The position numbers were made by a program, and so were the translations under genes. From Takakia lepidozioides (taxonomy: Eukaryota; Plantae; Bryophyta), in the NCBI GenBank assembly GCA_030704615.1, contig CM060734.1:22010001-22074000 (forward strand): DNA of 64,000 nt, written 5' to 3'. Of the stretch, positions 38,227 through 51,300 are shown one piece after another. Each line of letters starts with the position of its first letter. The first letter of the stretch is position 1. The notes below the pieces were generated by a model, which was given only the letters and a program-made list of their open reading frames with translations, was not told where the DNA came from and searched no databases.

Positions 38227-41200
38227 AACCTTCCAGATGTGAAAGGGCCCGCATATGGAGGTACGAACTTTGGACTCACTTCCGGAGGTAGTCGGAAATT
38301 CTTGATGTTCAACCAGACCTCCGTGCCTGCCTCAAACTTCACTTCCCTCCGCTTCCTATTCGCCTGCCTTTCATACCGTTTCCTAGCTTTGGCAATGTTG
38401 TACTTTGCGAGCTTCAACAAACGCTCGCGTTCTTCTAGTACCGCTGCTACTGTCGGTTCCTCAACGTCCTGGGCGGCCCAACTTGTCGGCACCAGAGGTG
38501 CTTTTCCATAGACCAATACGAAAGGGGAAACTCCCGTTGCGGAGTGTTCTGTGTTATTATAACAGAACTCTGCCGCGTCTAAGTGTTCCACCCAGTCTGT
38601 TTGGTCTGCAGACACGGAATTCCGCAAGATCTGCTTCACTACGGAATTCACTCTTTCTGTTTGGTCGTCGGTCGTAGGTTGGAAGGCGGTGCTCATCTTC
38701 AGCCTCGTCCCCATCTTCTTCCAAAGTGCCCTCCAAAATTTACTCGTAAACTTTGGATCGCGGTCCGAGACAATATCCTTCGGGACTCCATGATGCTTTA
38801 AGACGTGGGCGAAGTAAAGTCGCTCTATTTCCTGTGCCGTTGCCGTCTCATTGGTGGGGATGAAATGGCCCATTTTACTGAACCTATCCACCACCACCAT
38901 GATTGCATCGAATCCTTTTGACAGCGGCATAACAGTCATGAAATCCATCGAGACGCTTTCCCAAGTCCCCTCTGGAATCGGTAAGGGTTGTAACAGCCCC
39001 ACTTGCTTTTTGTACTCGCTCCGGTTTTGTTGGCATGTGGTGCATGTCTTGACATACTCCTCTGCCTCCTCCCTCAGTTTGGGCCAGAAATACTTTTTCT
39101 TCAAGAGTGCCGTAGTGCGCTTGGCTCCGCCGTGGCCCGCAAGCGGGCTATCATGGCATTCTCTCAAGAGGCTATCTCTGATCCCTCCCTTCGGCACGTA
39201 GAGACGCTTTTGCTTATACCAGAGCAGTCCATTTTGCAAGTGGAACTGCGATTTAACCCCCATCCTCAAGTCCTGCATCACGGACTTCGCCAGCTCATCC
39301 TTCCGGCAAGCCTTCCGGATCTTCCTTTGGAGCGCCTTCTCGCCCCTGTACACCAACAAAAGCTGCTGCTTTCTACTTAAGGCATCGGCCACCACGTTGT
39401 CCTGTCCCGGTTTGTACTGGATATCCACGTCGAACACCGCCAAAGTATCCTGCCACCTAAGTTGTTTTGGGGACAACTTGGGCTGCGTGGCAAAATACTT
39501 CACCATGACATTGTCCGTGAACACCTTCACTGGGTTGGAACCAACATAGTGGCGCCAAAGCTCAAGACAGTGCACCACCGCCTTTATCTCTTTTTCGTGC
39601 GTCGGCCACCGTCGCTCCATTTCATTCAGTTTCTTACTTTCGTAAGCCACTGGGCGTCCATCTTGCATCAGTACACCCCCAATCGCGAAGTCCGACGCAT
39701 CTGTATGAATCTTGAACGGACGATCGAAATCCGGGATTTTCAAGACTGGAGCTTCCGCCATCCGCTGCTTCAATTCAGCAAAAGCTTGGCCACAAAAGGT
39801 GTTCCATGCCCAGACTTTGGACTTACACAGAAGGTCTGACAGCGGCCCCGTGATCTTGGCAAAATTTCTCACATACTTCCGGTAGTAGGAGGCGAGTCCT
39901 AGGAAGGATCGCACTCCCGGGACCGAAGTTGGAGACTCCCAGTCCAAGATTGCCCTCACCTTCCTGTCATCCATTCTGATCCCATCCTGTGTAATCACAT
40001 GCCCCAAGAACTCCACTTTCGTGACCCCGAATTCGCACTTTGAAGCTTTGGCATACAGCTTCCCTTCCCGCAATTTCTGGAACACCCTTTTGAGGTGCTC
40101 CAGGTGCTCCTCCTTTGTTTTCGAATACACCAAGATGTCGTCGATGTACACGATCACAAAGTCATCCAACCACTCCTGGAAAAGGCTGTTCATCAGCGTG
40201 CTAAAGATTGCGGGAGCGTTGGTGAGCCCAAAAGGCATCACCAAGAACTCATATGAACCATACCTTGTCCTGCACGCGGTCTTCTCCTCATCTCCTTCCG
40301 CCACTCGAATTTGATGATAGCCGGAGCGCAGATCGATCCGGCTGAAATACTTCGGTCCTGCCAACCGATCGTAAAGGTCGTCGATCCTTGACAAATGGTA
40401 CCGGTTTTTTATAGTCACCTTATTCAAAGCCCTGTAATTGACACACATCCGCAGCGTCCCATCCTTCTTGTCTGCGAATAGCACCGGGGCTCCGTAAGGT
40501 GACTTACTCGGCCGGATGTACCCCTTTGACATTAGATCTTTGAGTTGAGTCTTCAGCTCGACCAACTCTCTGTGGCTCAACCGGTAGGGCACCTTGGTAG
40601 GCGGTTTCGATCCCGGTATCACCTCAATCTTGTGGTCAACTCCTCTTCGTGGTGGCAAACCGCTTGGTAAATCCTCCGGCATCACATCCTGGTATTTCTC
40701 CAAAATCCCCTTGATCCAATCTGGGCTCGGCTCCCCATCGCCTTCTCCCTTCACTTCTCTAATATAGAGCAAAAACTGGGGCTCGTGTGCCTCCTCCACG
40801 GCCCACTCCCTTGCTGACAGGAGGTTTATTCGCCCTCCCACGGGTTTGGGCGTTTCCGACACTCGTAAGACCTCGCCACCATTCCCACATGGCAGCGTGA
40901 CTACTCTCTTGCGGCCATCTATGACCGCTCCGGATTTGCTCAAAAATGTCATCCCCAAAATGAGATCCACTCCATCGATCTCGCAGATGGTGAAGTTCTC
41001 ACGTCCCTCCCAACTCCCCAGTTGAAGAGGAACATCAAACGCCAACTTTGTCGCCAATTGCGGTTCTCCTTTGGCAGAACGCACCTCAATAGAGGCCCCC
41101 ACGTCACTTGTCGGGAGTCCCAGCTTTTGTGCTGTTGCCGGTGTCATGAAGGAGTGCGACACTCCTGTGTCCACCAACAACGACACGTTAGTTCCGGATA

Positions 41201-41930
41201 TTATCCCATCCACGAACAATAACTGACTCCCTTTACGTAAGGCGCCAGTTTCCTGATACAACTCACAAGAAAATTTGCCTACCTTGCAAGTCCTGGCGAC
41301 CACCGCTTCTACCAAGCGACTGATGGTATCTTCCGACAGCTCCGTGGTCGCCCGAGTCATGTTCAATTGTCGGGGCTTCGTGCACTTCTTGGCCATGTGC
41401 CCGGGCTCCCTGCAATTGAAACACACTCCATCAAAGGTCGCCTTCTGTCCGCCATAAGCCGCTCCACCCGCTTTTCCTTTCGAAGCACCGGGTGCCGCCT
41501 TGACTTGTGAAGGCCCTCCCTTCGATTTCCACGTGCCATTGTCGCCGCGTGGCCTATCCCACTTCTTTTCCGGTCGGAAGGAGCCACCTTCCCGCCGGGT
41601 CTTTTTGTGGTTCAGCTCCGTACGGCCTTGTCTTTCACCCTTAGGGACATCCGAGAAACATTCAGCCCTCTCAATTGCCTCGTTCAAAGTCTTAGGTGGC
41701 TTCTCCTCCAACTTCCGCCTGGCCCATGAGGCCAGTCCCGCCACAAAATTGAAGACCATTTCTGGTTCTGCCATGTCCGCGACTTCGAGCAACAGCACAT
41801 TGAAAGCCTGGACATATCCCCGAATGTCATCTGTTTGCTTCAAATTTCTCATCTTGTCCCGGGTGAGCCAGGACGCGTTGAGGGGCACAAACTGCCTCTT
41901 CATCAATTCCTTGAACCCACTCCAGTTCAA
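38223..41930 (-). CDS. Gag-Pol polyprotein (gag, CCHC knuckle, PR, RT, RNase H, IN)
   Basis: [14 protein letters not shown]; LVDTGVS; YIDD; TDASDFAIG; [10 protein letters not shown]...CTTC; SMDF, SDRD, TER. The gag 5' part (41976-42497) is broken by two stops. Confidence 0.95.
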   Translation of the reverse strand: MNWSGFKELMKRQFVPLNASWLTRDKMRNLKQTDDIRGYVQAFNVLLLEVADMAEPEMVFNFVAGLASWARRKLEEKPPKTLNEAIERAECFSDVPKGERQGRTELNHKKTRREGGSFRPEKKWDRPRGDNGTWKSKGGPSQVKAAPGASKGKAGGAAYGGQKATFDGVCFNCREPGHMAKKCTKPRQLNMTRATTELSEDTISRLVEAVVARTCKVGKFSCELYQETGALRKGSQLLFVDGIISGTNVSLLVDTGVSHSFMTPATAQKLGLPTSDVGASIEVRSAKGEPQLATKLAFDVPLQLGSWEGRENFTICEIDGVDLILGMTFLSKSGAVIDGRKRVVTLPCGNGGEVLRVSETPKPVGGRINLLSAREWAVEEAHEPQFLLYIREVKGEGDGEPSPDWIKGILEKYQDVMPEDLPSGLPPRRGVDHKIEVIPGSKPPTKVPYRLSHRELVELKTQLKDLMSKGYIRPSKSPYGAPVLFADKKDGTLRMCVNYRALNKVTIKNRYHLSRIDDLYDRLAGPKYFSRIDLRSGYHQIRVAEGDEEKTACRTRYGSYEFLVMPFGLTNAPAIFSTLMNSLFQEWLDDFVIVYIDDILVYSKTKEEHLEHLKRVFQKLREGKLYAKASKCEFGVTKVEFLGHVITQDGIRMDDRKVRAILDWESPTSVPGVRSFLGLASYYRKYVRNFAKITGPLSDLLCKSKVWAWNTFCGQAFAELKQRMAEAPVLKIPDFDRPFKIHTDASDFAIGGVLMQDGRPVAYESKKLNEMERRWPTHEKEIKAVVHCLELWRHYVGSNPVKVFTDNVMVKYFATQPKLSPKQLRWQDTLAVFDVDIQYKPGQDNVVADALSRKQQLLLVYRGEKALQRKIRKACRKDELAKSVMQDLRMGVKSQFHLQNGLLWYKQKRLYVPKGGIRDSLLRECHDSPLAGHGGAKRTTALLKKKYFWPKLREEAEEYVKTCTTCQQNRSEYKKQVGLLQPLPIPEGTWESVSMDFMTVMPLSKGFDAIMVVVDRFSKMGHFIPTNETATAQEIERLYFAHVLKHHGVPKDIVSDRDPKFTSKFWRALWKKMGTRLKMSTAFQPTTDDQTERVNSVVKQILRNSVSADQTDWVEHLDAAEFCYNNTEHSATGVSPFVLVYGKAPLVPTSWAAQDVEEPTVAAVLEERERLLKLAKYNIAKARKRYERQANRKRREVKFEAGTEVWLNIKNFRLPPEVSPKFVPPYAGPFTSGRL

Positions 41931-42498
41931 GGTTTCTGGGCTTGGACCTCGGTCGTGAAGGCGTTTCTACCACCATTATTGAGCATAGCCCCTCAAATAG
42001 GTGGGAGCCACTTCCACCTGATCCTCGTCACTCAACTTGGCCGCCCGGAAGTACTGCTCCAGCTCCAAGAGCCAGGTGTTGAGTGCCTTCCGATTTCGGA
42101 TGCCCTCGAAGGTGCCGGGTTCCTTTGGCTTCACCTTAAACTTTGCCTTAGTGGAAGTGGTATTAGCCGCCTTCAACACGTCTTTCAACGTCCCGCCAAA
42201 TTGCGCCAACAACCCTTCTCAAAAGGCTGCCGGCATGGGAGGCATCTGTTGGTCGGTCGGAGCTCTCAAGGATTCCTCAGGCTCCGACTCCTCAGATTCC
42301 TCCCGTTCTTGAGCGGCCTCGTTTTCGGAAACATGCATCACTTCCTCAAACGGCCGCCTCGGTGACACGTCGCCCCCATCGGGCTCACCAGGATCATCAT
42401 CTTTTGGGCCGTTCCGCTTTCGTTTTGGCTTGCCCGACCCCATGATGAGGCCAATCCCAAGGACGATTGCGTACTGAACTCTAAGCTCTGATACCAAG

Positions 42499-43214
42499 TG
42501 TCGCGCACCTCACTTCGGTAAGCTCCCCCCTCAAGTCATAGTTACTCGCTTGATGCGCGCGCCTAACTTCCAACCTGGCCGCCGGGCCAACTTGGAGCTT
42601 CGGCTGCTCACCGGGACATAACGGTCCCCCCCTTGATCTCCCAAAGAACCCTCCAACGATTTAGAACCAGCGGAATTCCCTTTGGTAGTTGGCAGTCCGG
42701 AACAGCTCCCCACTCTTTGGTCGTTTTCCGGCTCACTCGCTTACTCACTAGCTTTTGGTCACCAACGGGCTTGCACCGTTCTCAGGGTTACTACTCCCTA
42801 TATATACTTCTGTAGCTGTCCGCGGGGGTTTCACAAACAACCATGTCATTTTATGGCGAACCACCACGAACACCCTCGACTCCCGGTGATGAGTCGCGGT
42901 GAGTCTTGGCCCACTCACCACGGCCCCTATGGACCGTGATGAGTCCCACGACTCCCACCACGAGGTCTCCGCCCCAGGGTGAGTCCTATGCCACCCCCAC
43001 TAAGTCCCGCTAAGCTACCACCACCCCTTGTGGAGCCACCCCCACCACAACCCGGTGTGCGGGGCTCCACCTAGTGAGCGCCTCCGCCTCCTTGAGTGCT
43101 TTGGGCACTCAAGGGTGCTTCAGCCCCCCATACCTATCGCTGCCACTGCCCCCACCACAGGGGCAGCCCCTCTTGTGTCCCGACCCCCTGCCCTCAAGGC
43201 AAAGGGCCGCGACA
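42499..43214 (-). repeat. Chromovirus 5' LTR (716 bp)
   Basis: 7-bp terminal inverted repeat TGTCGCG/CGCGACA and an adjacent tRNA-Met PBS. Confidence 0.95.
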
Positions 43215-44700
43215 TTTTCCTTCGCAAGCTGTAGAGCAGATTGAGTTTCCTCCAACTCTTTCTGCAACTTAAGGTTGGCCTCCACATCCACCTTATTTGC
43301 ACACTCAGTGGCAATTCTTGCCTCAAACTCTTGCTTGAGCTCCTCCCTCAATGCTGCCAATTGTGTGAAAGGAACATAGGATTTCACATAGGTGCCCAAC
43401 AAATTAAGTGTCCTGCTTATGGAACTCATAAGCATGGCCTGCTGTGGGTCTTCATGGAGAACTTGCTGCTATTCTCCCTGATCCTCCACAGTTTGATGTT
43501 TCACAAACCAGTCAGGCCATGATCCCAAAGGATCTTCTTCCTGAGCAACCTCATCCTCCACAGGTGCTGCAGTCCCCTTACACTCTACCCCTTTAACCTC
43601 CGTCACAGGTTTGGGCATGACTTGCACAACAAGGATTTCCTTGGTCAGACTCTGCATCTTTGGTACTACTGGTTCCTTGACCATGCCAGAGTTTTCATAG
43701 AGAAGGTCACCCTTCTCAATTTCTGCCACTACCTGCTCTGTAGTGGGGATGTCCAACCTTTCTCCTTCCACAGCAAGAGGCTCTGGTGTGACAACATGTA
43801 TAATTTGAGTTACCTTTGGGGCAACCGGGTCAACTGGCTGTGGTGGCTATGGTACTGAGGTAACTTCTTCCTCCCTATCCAAAGGCTGTGCTTCCAGCAA
43901 TAACAGCCCCCTGTGCTGCTGCTCCTCATCCTGCACAAGAGCTATAAAAACATTATCTTGTGGTTTCCTTGTAGCTAGTGGATCTGCCACTACAGTCGCA
44001 TCCCGCTTTTGTCTCTTGGACTGGTGCTGCCCCTCCAATCCCCCTTCACCTTGTGAAGAGCCCTCCTCCTCAACTGCAGTTGTGGCTGTCTCAAACACTC
44101 CCATCACCTTGCGTTCTCGCGCATCAAGTAAACAAGAGTCAAAGATAATTTGCGCAATTGTTGGGCCACACACAACGATCGGGGACTTAGCAATAGTATT
44201 TTTAACCGCTTCATCTCCTCCACCAGACCATTGTCCATCATCTCCGCCCAAGCTACATCATCTCCTCTCAAGGCTTTCAGTACCTCCTCCGTGAAAGATC
44301 TGCTAAGATATTGTTGGTTCTGTTTCATGGCAAACATAACGTTCAGTATTTGGCCAACTTCCCTTAACCCTGGATACTCGGCCTTGGTGCAGGTGTATCC
44401 CTGGGTCCTGAAGAAACTCATTTCTTGGAACAGATCCCCTATTTGCAATCTTGCCCTGTGCTCATCCACGTTCACATTACCAGATGGCAATTCAAACAGT
44501 TGTTGCAAGTACTGCGGAGTAACCTCTATATCCACTCCCTTCACCTGGGTAACTCCTGTCCGAGGCTCAAAGTTCTGAATGAATTGGATCATCAACCCCG
44601 ATGATGCAAAGACCACTATTTGCGTAGCAACCCTTCCAATCGCAGCTCCTTCAGTAGCTACACTGCCTGTGGCGTAGCAATTGTCTGCTTCTGTAAAATC
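43215..44700 (-). pseudogene. Retrotransposon accessory ORF (putative plant-transposon-protein-like N-terminus, acidic linker, coiled coil), fragmented
   Basis: FIQNF...VKGVDIEVTPQYLQQLFELP...VAWAE; the coiled coil LREELKQEFEAR is cut by the LTR at 43214. Confidence 0.5.
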
Positions 44701-45477
44701 GTGGTGCTCTTCACCCTGAGATCCTCCATCCCCCTAATTCTCTTCATCCCGGACAAACAAGAAGGCCTCGTTTGGAATAGCTGTAGGAAAGCTTGCAGGG
44801 CGTAAAGCATGAAAGTATGGTTGGCACAGAATGGAACGGGTAAATGAGTGTAAGCCTGTGGGGCTTGCAAATAGTGAGTGAGAGAGAATGTACTTTCAAC
44901 CCGTCCGTCCTTGCGCCGCTGCGTAAGAAGCAGAGCTAGCGTCGAGATGCTGATTATCCGGAGCAACCCCTACTCTTCCGTTCATAATTTTTTTAATTTC
45001 TTGTTCTTGTTTCTTGAATGGAACCACTTGCATAAAATTCACGTTCCTGATTGGTCATTGCCTCAATGGGTAATTTCTCAATTTTACCCTTATCTGTTCA
45101 CATTCCAAGTTGGAATGCCCACTAGGACTGCACATGTGGCAAAGGTCCCCCTTTGCCGGACGCATAAAGGGTTCCGTTACCTGCCCTCTGGATGCATTAA
45201 TGGGCCCGTAATTAGTTTCGGCTGACGTACCGGGTAGGTACTTTGATGGCCTTGTTTGTCTTCTTGCATGATGGCGCCCGCTATTGCAATACATGCAATG
45301 CAGAGCGCTTTGCCCCTTAGGCCACGTGTTTGATTTCAAACACTCTCCCGTCTCCCTCTGTCCGCGTGGCACATTCTCCGAGTTTGACTTCCAAACTGCC
45401 TTTACACTCACTAGCCACTTCCCTGACGTTAACCCGCGTCCACCTGTCACTGACCTTATGGACTGTGCAACCTATGT

Positions 45478-45590
45478 GGGCTGTGTTGGGCTGTGACAGG
45501 CTGTGTCAAGCTGTGGTGAGCTGTGATATGTTGTGTTAAATTGTGGTGGGCTGTGATATGCTGTGTTAAACTGTGGTGGGCTGTGATATC
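45478..45590. repeat. 10/30-bp gctgtg tandem repeats
   Basis: Same decamer family as 21480-21740 and 36025-36205. Confidence 0.8.
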
Positions 45591-45914
45591 TGTGTGTACA
45601 CCCGTGTTCTCTACTATGACCATACACATTTGGCTTTACGACAAGTGCTTCATGCTCCGTTGGTGTTACCGGTGTAATCTGTGTCTGCATCTGTATTCGG
45701 GGATGTGTCCGCCGCCAAAATTGACAAAGAGGTATTTGGACGGGAGACCTCCCTTCCATTCCTTCCCACTTATAACATTTTGACTTATTTCCCGAAGCAC
45801 AGACTCGGTTTTGTTTAAGTCGCCATAAATTCTAGATTCATCTCCTACTTTACTACACATCAGTAATATAGCTGCCGATGGTCACATCCAAAGCTAACCG
45901 TCGAATCTTGACAG

Positions 45915-46778
45915 ATGGGTCATGACCATTTTCGAGTGAGCGCGGCAGCAAATCTCTTGCGCCGGAAGACACGAGTGACGGCCTCCTCTGGAGGTCAAAG
46001 AAAGTTAATCATTCTGAGTGTTGTTGGTTTATTGTGCTATAAACCCAAGCCTGTTGGATCACAGAGGTTCTTTGAACATTTCCCTCGTGCCAAAATTCCC
46101 TACGATTGGGACAATGTTGTTCCTCGTCCGGGTCTTCTGGAATTTCTTGAACTTGCGTTCAACCATTACCATGTGGGTATATGGTCATGTGGAGTCAACA
46201 TATGGTTGAGGCTCTTCTTGCATATCTTCTGCGTCAGGAAATTTTGCTTTATCTGGTGTCGAGATACTTGTACCAAACTTCCTGCCTACATTGCCTCAAC
46301 ACAGCCGTTCTACATTAAAGACATTGTTGGTCTTTGGGAACACTTCGGGAGAAGTTGTAAGCCCTACGGCCTAAAAGGCCAAACGCTTTTGATTGATGAT
46401 GAGCCCACCAAAGCCATGAGGAACCCTTCGAACACTGGTTTTTACCCGAGATCCTTTGATGGCACTCTAACGCCGATCGTCAAGGAGGGACGAGATTCTT
46501 TTGTTGAGGATCTTGTTGAGGCTTTATGGCCATTCCTTTCTGGCATGATGTCATCTCCGACGGTTCAAGAGTATGTGGAGGAGAATTACTGGAAGTGTGC
46601 AAATGTTCAGATGCCTGTCGATAGCTCTCACCCTGATTGGATTTGGCTAGCGAGATATGCAAATCCCCTAGGGATTACTGACCCTTGTGTGTTTTTAGGT
46701 ATGTTCCCACCTCTTTGCTTTCAACTTCTTCTTTTTATGTCAACAGATGTGTCTTGGAGTAGTAGGTTAAGAGGTTAG
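45915..46778 (+). CDS. FCP1/NIF-like HAD-fold phosphatase homologue with a degenerate catalytic motif
   Basis: KLIILSVVGLL (DxDxT position), VPRPGLLEFL, VGIWS, IKDI, TLLIDDEPTK. Confidence 0.7.
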   Translation: MGHDHFRVSAAANLLRRKTRVTASSGGQRKLIILSVVGLLCYKPKPVGSQRFFEHFPRAKIPYDWDNVVPRPGLLEFLELAFNHYHVGIWSCGVNIWLRLFLHIFCVRKFCFIWCRDTCTKLPAYIASTQPFYIKDIVGLWEHFGRSCKPYGLKGQTLLIDDEPTKAMRNPSNTGFYPRSFDGTLTPIVKEGRDSFVEDLVEALWPFLSGMMSSPTVQEYVEENYWKCANVQMPVDSSHPDWIWLARYANPLGITDPCVFLGMFPPLCFQLLLFMSTDVSWSSRLRG

Positions 46779-48398
46779 AATGGGTCAGTAAGCACGGGAA
46801 GTCTCCCGTCCCTGCTGCGCACCATGAATCTGGAAAGTATACTGATTTGTCTCATGGATTGGTTTATTTGTTCCAGTCAAGGCCAAGTGTGTATGAAGTC
46901 AACATCCAACAAGAAGAAGGATGGACATACCACACCAACAGGCCAGGAGGGTCTCTGGTGGTATATGAGTATTTCTGAGGAGGAGATCTGCTAGCAAGCA
47001 CAACGCCCTCAAACAGATGCAGGGCAACGGAATGTCTATCTGGGGAGATCTGGGATGAGAGTAGAATCCGCTACCCGGTCTTACTAGTAGGATGACAGTC
47101 TTCCACCAGTTGGGATATTGTAAATAATGTACATTGACAATGACACTATTCTCTAAGCGCAAATTATGAATCCAAATGGTTTATTGTTTTTTATTCATTT
47201 CATGTCCAGAGCGATGGATACCATGGCTATGCTCTGTATTCTCTGTGTACTCTTTGTTCAGTTTTGGAATTCATTACTCATGTCGATATGAGAGGTATCA
47301 CCACGGGAGATCTCCCCTAACTGACTATGTGCATGTTTTGGTTTCGTCATCACACCCGTCAGACTCTTTTAGACTAGAGAGCGTGAGTAAGGACGGGAGA
47401 CCTCCCGTCCTCTTTGCCTTTCTATTTGTGCTTGTTCTTGTCAGACCCCTCATTCTCTTATGGCTTTGGTGGGTTGTTGTATCCTGTGCATGTTTACCTC
47501 TCATTTTAATTTGACTATGCATGATGTGTATCGCTAATTGGGAGGGGAGACCTCCCGTCTGTCCTGGTCCGCATGTGTTTTGTATGTGGAGCTATGACTT
47601 ACATGAATGAAGAATAATCGGTTCACGGCCTTGCCTGTGACCTTGGAATCCGCAAGGTGGTTCTTATTTTATGGATGACGCTCTTGAGGAACCGGTCTGA
47701 GACTGGAGGACGATGATAGACAGAGAAAGACAGTCCTGTCAAAGGGTGAGACTCGAGGACGATGATAGACAGAGATAAACAATCCTGTCGAAGGGCTGAT
47801 GCATTGGAGCTGAACTGTTCGAATGAATTGGCTTCTATAGAGACTATGTTCAGTATTGGTTTGTGTTGAAGACTATGGTTTTGGGTCCTATGGGATGGTG
47901 ATGGTTGATTAGTGCCCATAGCCAGGGACCTCAATGGCTGTACAAATTTGGTTTGGTGATGCTCTAATAAATTACTCTGGACATTTTGGGACGTATCTCG
48001 ACGGGATGTCTTTCTATCTTACTATGTTCTAATCATAGATCGGGAGATCTCTCTTGCCTCAGTGGAGATGTCGAACTTGGGACAGCAGTCATAATTCTCC
48101 TGTACTTCTGGAGTGACAATGTTTGGCATTTTTTTGTAGGCTAATATTAAAAAAATGAAGCAACTGTGATTGACAAGAGGTCTCCCGTGCTGCCCGTGAA
48201 ACTATAGAAAACTAGGATTTCAACTCATATTAGGGATGTGATCAGGGTATGGATTCTCTAGGAACAACAATATTTACTAAACATCTACTACAATAAACTT
48301 AATAAAATCATTTAAATTTGTTTTCATATTGAATTTTTATTCAATTTAAATAAATAAATAAATATGTTATTCCTGGACTTTGGAAAGTCTCCATTTAC

Positions 48399-51300
48399 TT
48401 AAAATCCAGTTCTATAGGCAAATTGCTTGACAGGAGGTCCCTCAATTTCAATGTCATGCTGTAGGATATTGGTCTTCCCAAGATCAGAAGCTCCAAGGCT
48501 GAACACATCCAGGTTGTGAGCTATCAAGGTCTCAACTTGTTTATTTTGGGCTTCCTCAAGCAAGGGGTTGAGCTTGATCTCACCAAGGACTTTGGCAAGG
48601 GCTTCTCTTTCTTGAGCATTGAGTTTATTCTTTAAGCTCATGGCTGGAAAAAGCAGTGACCAGATCTGATTGATCATGGACAATGCCTAAGGGTTCAAAA
48701 CCAAAAGCAGGTTGGACTTCACCAATCTCTTCTAAGGGACAAGCAGAAATCCTAGCAAGCACTTGCCCCTTCTTGATGGTCACAAGAAACCTTTCAGGAT
48801 TGGCTATAAGAAGTTTGACTTCCTCTTTGTAACCTCTATCAAGAACCCCAGTAGCAACAATGCAATGCTTTAAGGTAATAAGCGTCCTCCACCCATCTAC
48901 CTCAAGGTAGTGTCCCTTAGGACAAAAGTAGGCCAATTGGGTCTTGACCATACTCTGGCACATAGATGGAATAGTGACATCACAGGGAGCTCTAATCAAA
49001 GTACTGTTCCTTTGCACCACAATGGGAACACCAGACATTTGACCAGAGCTAGGAACATGCCACTCATACATCAAGGCAAGATCTGGTTTGTATTTGTAAA
49101 AATCCAGCCAAAACATGTTGTGGTAGGTTCTTTGCCTTACCTCCCTTACCATGGCTTGAACTTAGGAAAGGTTGGTAGTAGCAGTGCCTACATGCATCTT
49201 GACAGTCTTGAGAGGCACTACAACTTCATGTCCTTCTCCATTGGGAAATCTTAGGGAGTTGTCACCAAGGTTGATAGTAGCTTGAGCCCCTGTCATCCAA
49301 GCCAACCCCAACAAGAGCTGGTCTCCTACTGTAACTATGCAAGTAATCAAGACCTCTTTTTTGTGAATTCTAATAGGAACAGTGACCAACCCCAAGGGCT
49401 CATACCTTGACCCATCTGCAATGATGAGCTCCATGCCTTGTGCAGGGGTCAACTTGAGGCCCAAGACTCTCATTACCTGCAAGGGAACGACAAACATTGT
49501 ACATCCAGTATCTACAACACATGGAAAGCTCAAATGATGCACATGACATTGTGTGATCAATGGAAAAATGTCAAGCACTTGATACTTCTTGGCTAATTCA
49601 CAATGCAAGGCCTTAAAGTTAGTTGACAACATGACCATCTTCTTACTTGCATCAACAGGGTGCCGCTTCCCATGACCTCTTGTCCCCTGCCCAAGAGATC
49701 TCTTTAGTTTAAATGTGTGTGGGCAGCCTGGTTGGAAGACCCTGCCTTCTTTTTCTCTTTGACATAATCAACATAGCCCTCACGGTCTGGACATACCTTA
49801 GTGTAATGCTCATCATTGCCACTAATATAACAGGGAGCAAACTTCCTCTCATACGTGGCCCCTGTTTGGGTCTTACTCTGAACCCCTCCCCACCTTTACC
49901 TCTCTGTTGATCTTTGGGCTTGTATTCAGCTCTTGGATGGTCTCTGGGTCTCCACTCAGTCCTCTGCCGATCAGCCTTCAAGGCTGCAAATTGTATAGCT
50001 ATGCTTTTTCCCAACTCACTCACAGTGTGAGCCAGTTCTTGCAAAGCAGAGTCACTAGACTCAGATCCAACAGGAGAGGTCTCTCTCTCATCAAATGTGG
50101 CGGCCATGGTGTCTTCATGATCCATACAAGGGATCTGAAATTTCACATGGTGTCGCCTTTGCTTTGCTTCAGCCAGGTCCCTAAGCTTAAGACTAACCTC
50201 ATGCAACATCTCATCACTATCCCTGAAAGTACGACGTTGTCCCGCTTTAACTTCTGTTGGCATGCCTCTCAAGAAGTATTGTCTTAGCAATCTCTCCCTA
50301 GTAACAACATCTTCAGGCACTTGTTCAAGATCATGAGGGCTCTTCTTTTAACCTTAGCCCAAGTCAGGTTTTCTTCACCACTCAAAGCAACATGCAACAA
50401 ATCACTGGCTTCTCCTTGTATGCTCATGCGGAATATAGGCTATCATGACCTCTTCCGTAGCTTTGTTCATTTGAGCCTTGACTTCAAACAATTGGCCCGG
50501 GAGAGAGGTAATACCCTAGGTGAGGTACTGGACCATGACTGAAGAGCTAGTTGACTCTGTGCAAGCACTTGGCTTCGCACAGGGCCAGACCAAGCGGACT
50601 CACTAGCTACGTTCAAAGGATGAGATGCATGAGAGGAGGTGACAGGCATACACTGAAATTGAGAATTGTCATGCAAAGAAATAGGCCTCAATTCTACCGG
50701 TAGAGCGGAACTCGAAACTGAGATGCTAGGCTGCCCTGCAGGTGACTCCCCTATGCGATCCAAGCCGTCCATCCGTCGCACATGGAAATCCATGGCATAC
50801 AGATTGGCCCTCGTATCATTTGCAACATCCAAGTTCTCCCGAATTCTACCACCTAAGCCAGGCCTAGTGCCAGTGGCTGCCGCAGGTCCAAGACCATTGG
50901 AAACCTTGACTTGATTTCTACCATCAACCCCACTAAACCCTTCTTCCATTGATACCAAATCTGACTCTACAAAAGTTCTATGTCTAGGCTCAGTGACTGG
51001 AGATAACACAGGAGCAGCAGATACCCTATTTCTACCCGAACGCAACCAACGGCTATTGGGCGAGTTGGACATCAGTTAGGAATTACCACCTTCAGAGATT
51101 TTCAACTTCCACCACACTGGTACACTGCCAAGCTTGTGGAGTCACAATCCTCAAAACCTTGTGCGTCTCTTGATCGTGCTCAGCAAGAGCCAACCAATTC
51201 CACCCGCGGGAATTCTTGAACCAAAAACCCATATACAAGGTGTAGTCTGACCCCCCAGTAACGGTCATTTCTCCAAGTTCAAGACAAGACAGTGCTCGGC

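Larger units (their letters stand above)
37366..43214 (-). mobile_element. Ty3/Gypsy chromovirus copy 2 (5' LTR intact, 3' LTR missing)
   Basis: LTR 42499-43214 (tgtcgcg...cgcgaca), PBS 42485-42496, near-intact gag-pol, 3' UTR homologous to copy 1. Confidence 0.95.

Noticed and set aside
38164-42365. Numerous plus-strand ORFs opposite gag-pol (and minus-strand ORFs opposite the PPR)
   Set aside because: They are antisense shadows of real coding frames and have no motifs
19375-43214. A single giant element bounded by the LTRs at 19375 and 43214
   Set aside because: The flanks (tggtg vs ttttc) are not a TSD, and there are two separate PBS/gag-pol sets
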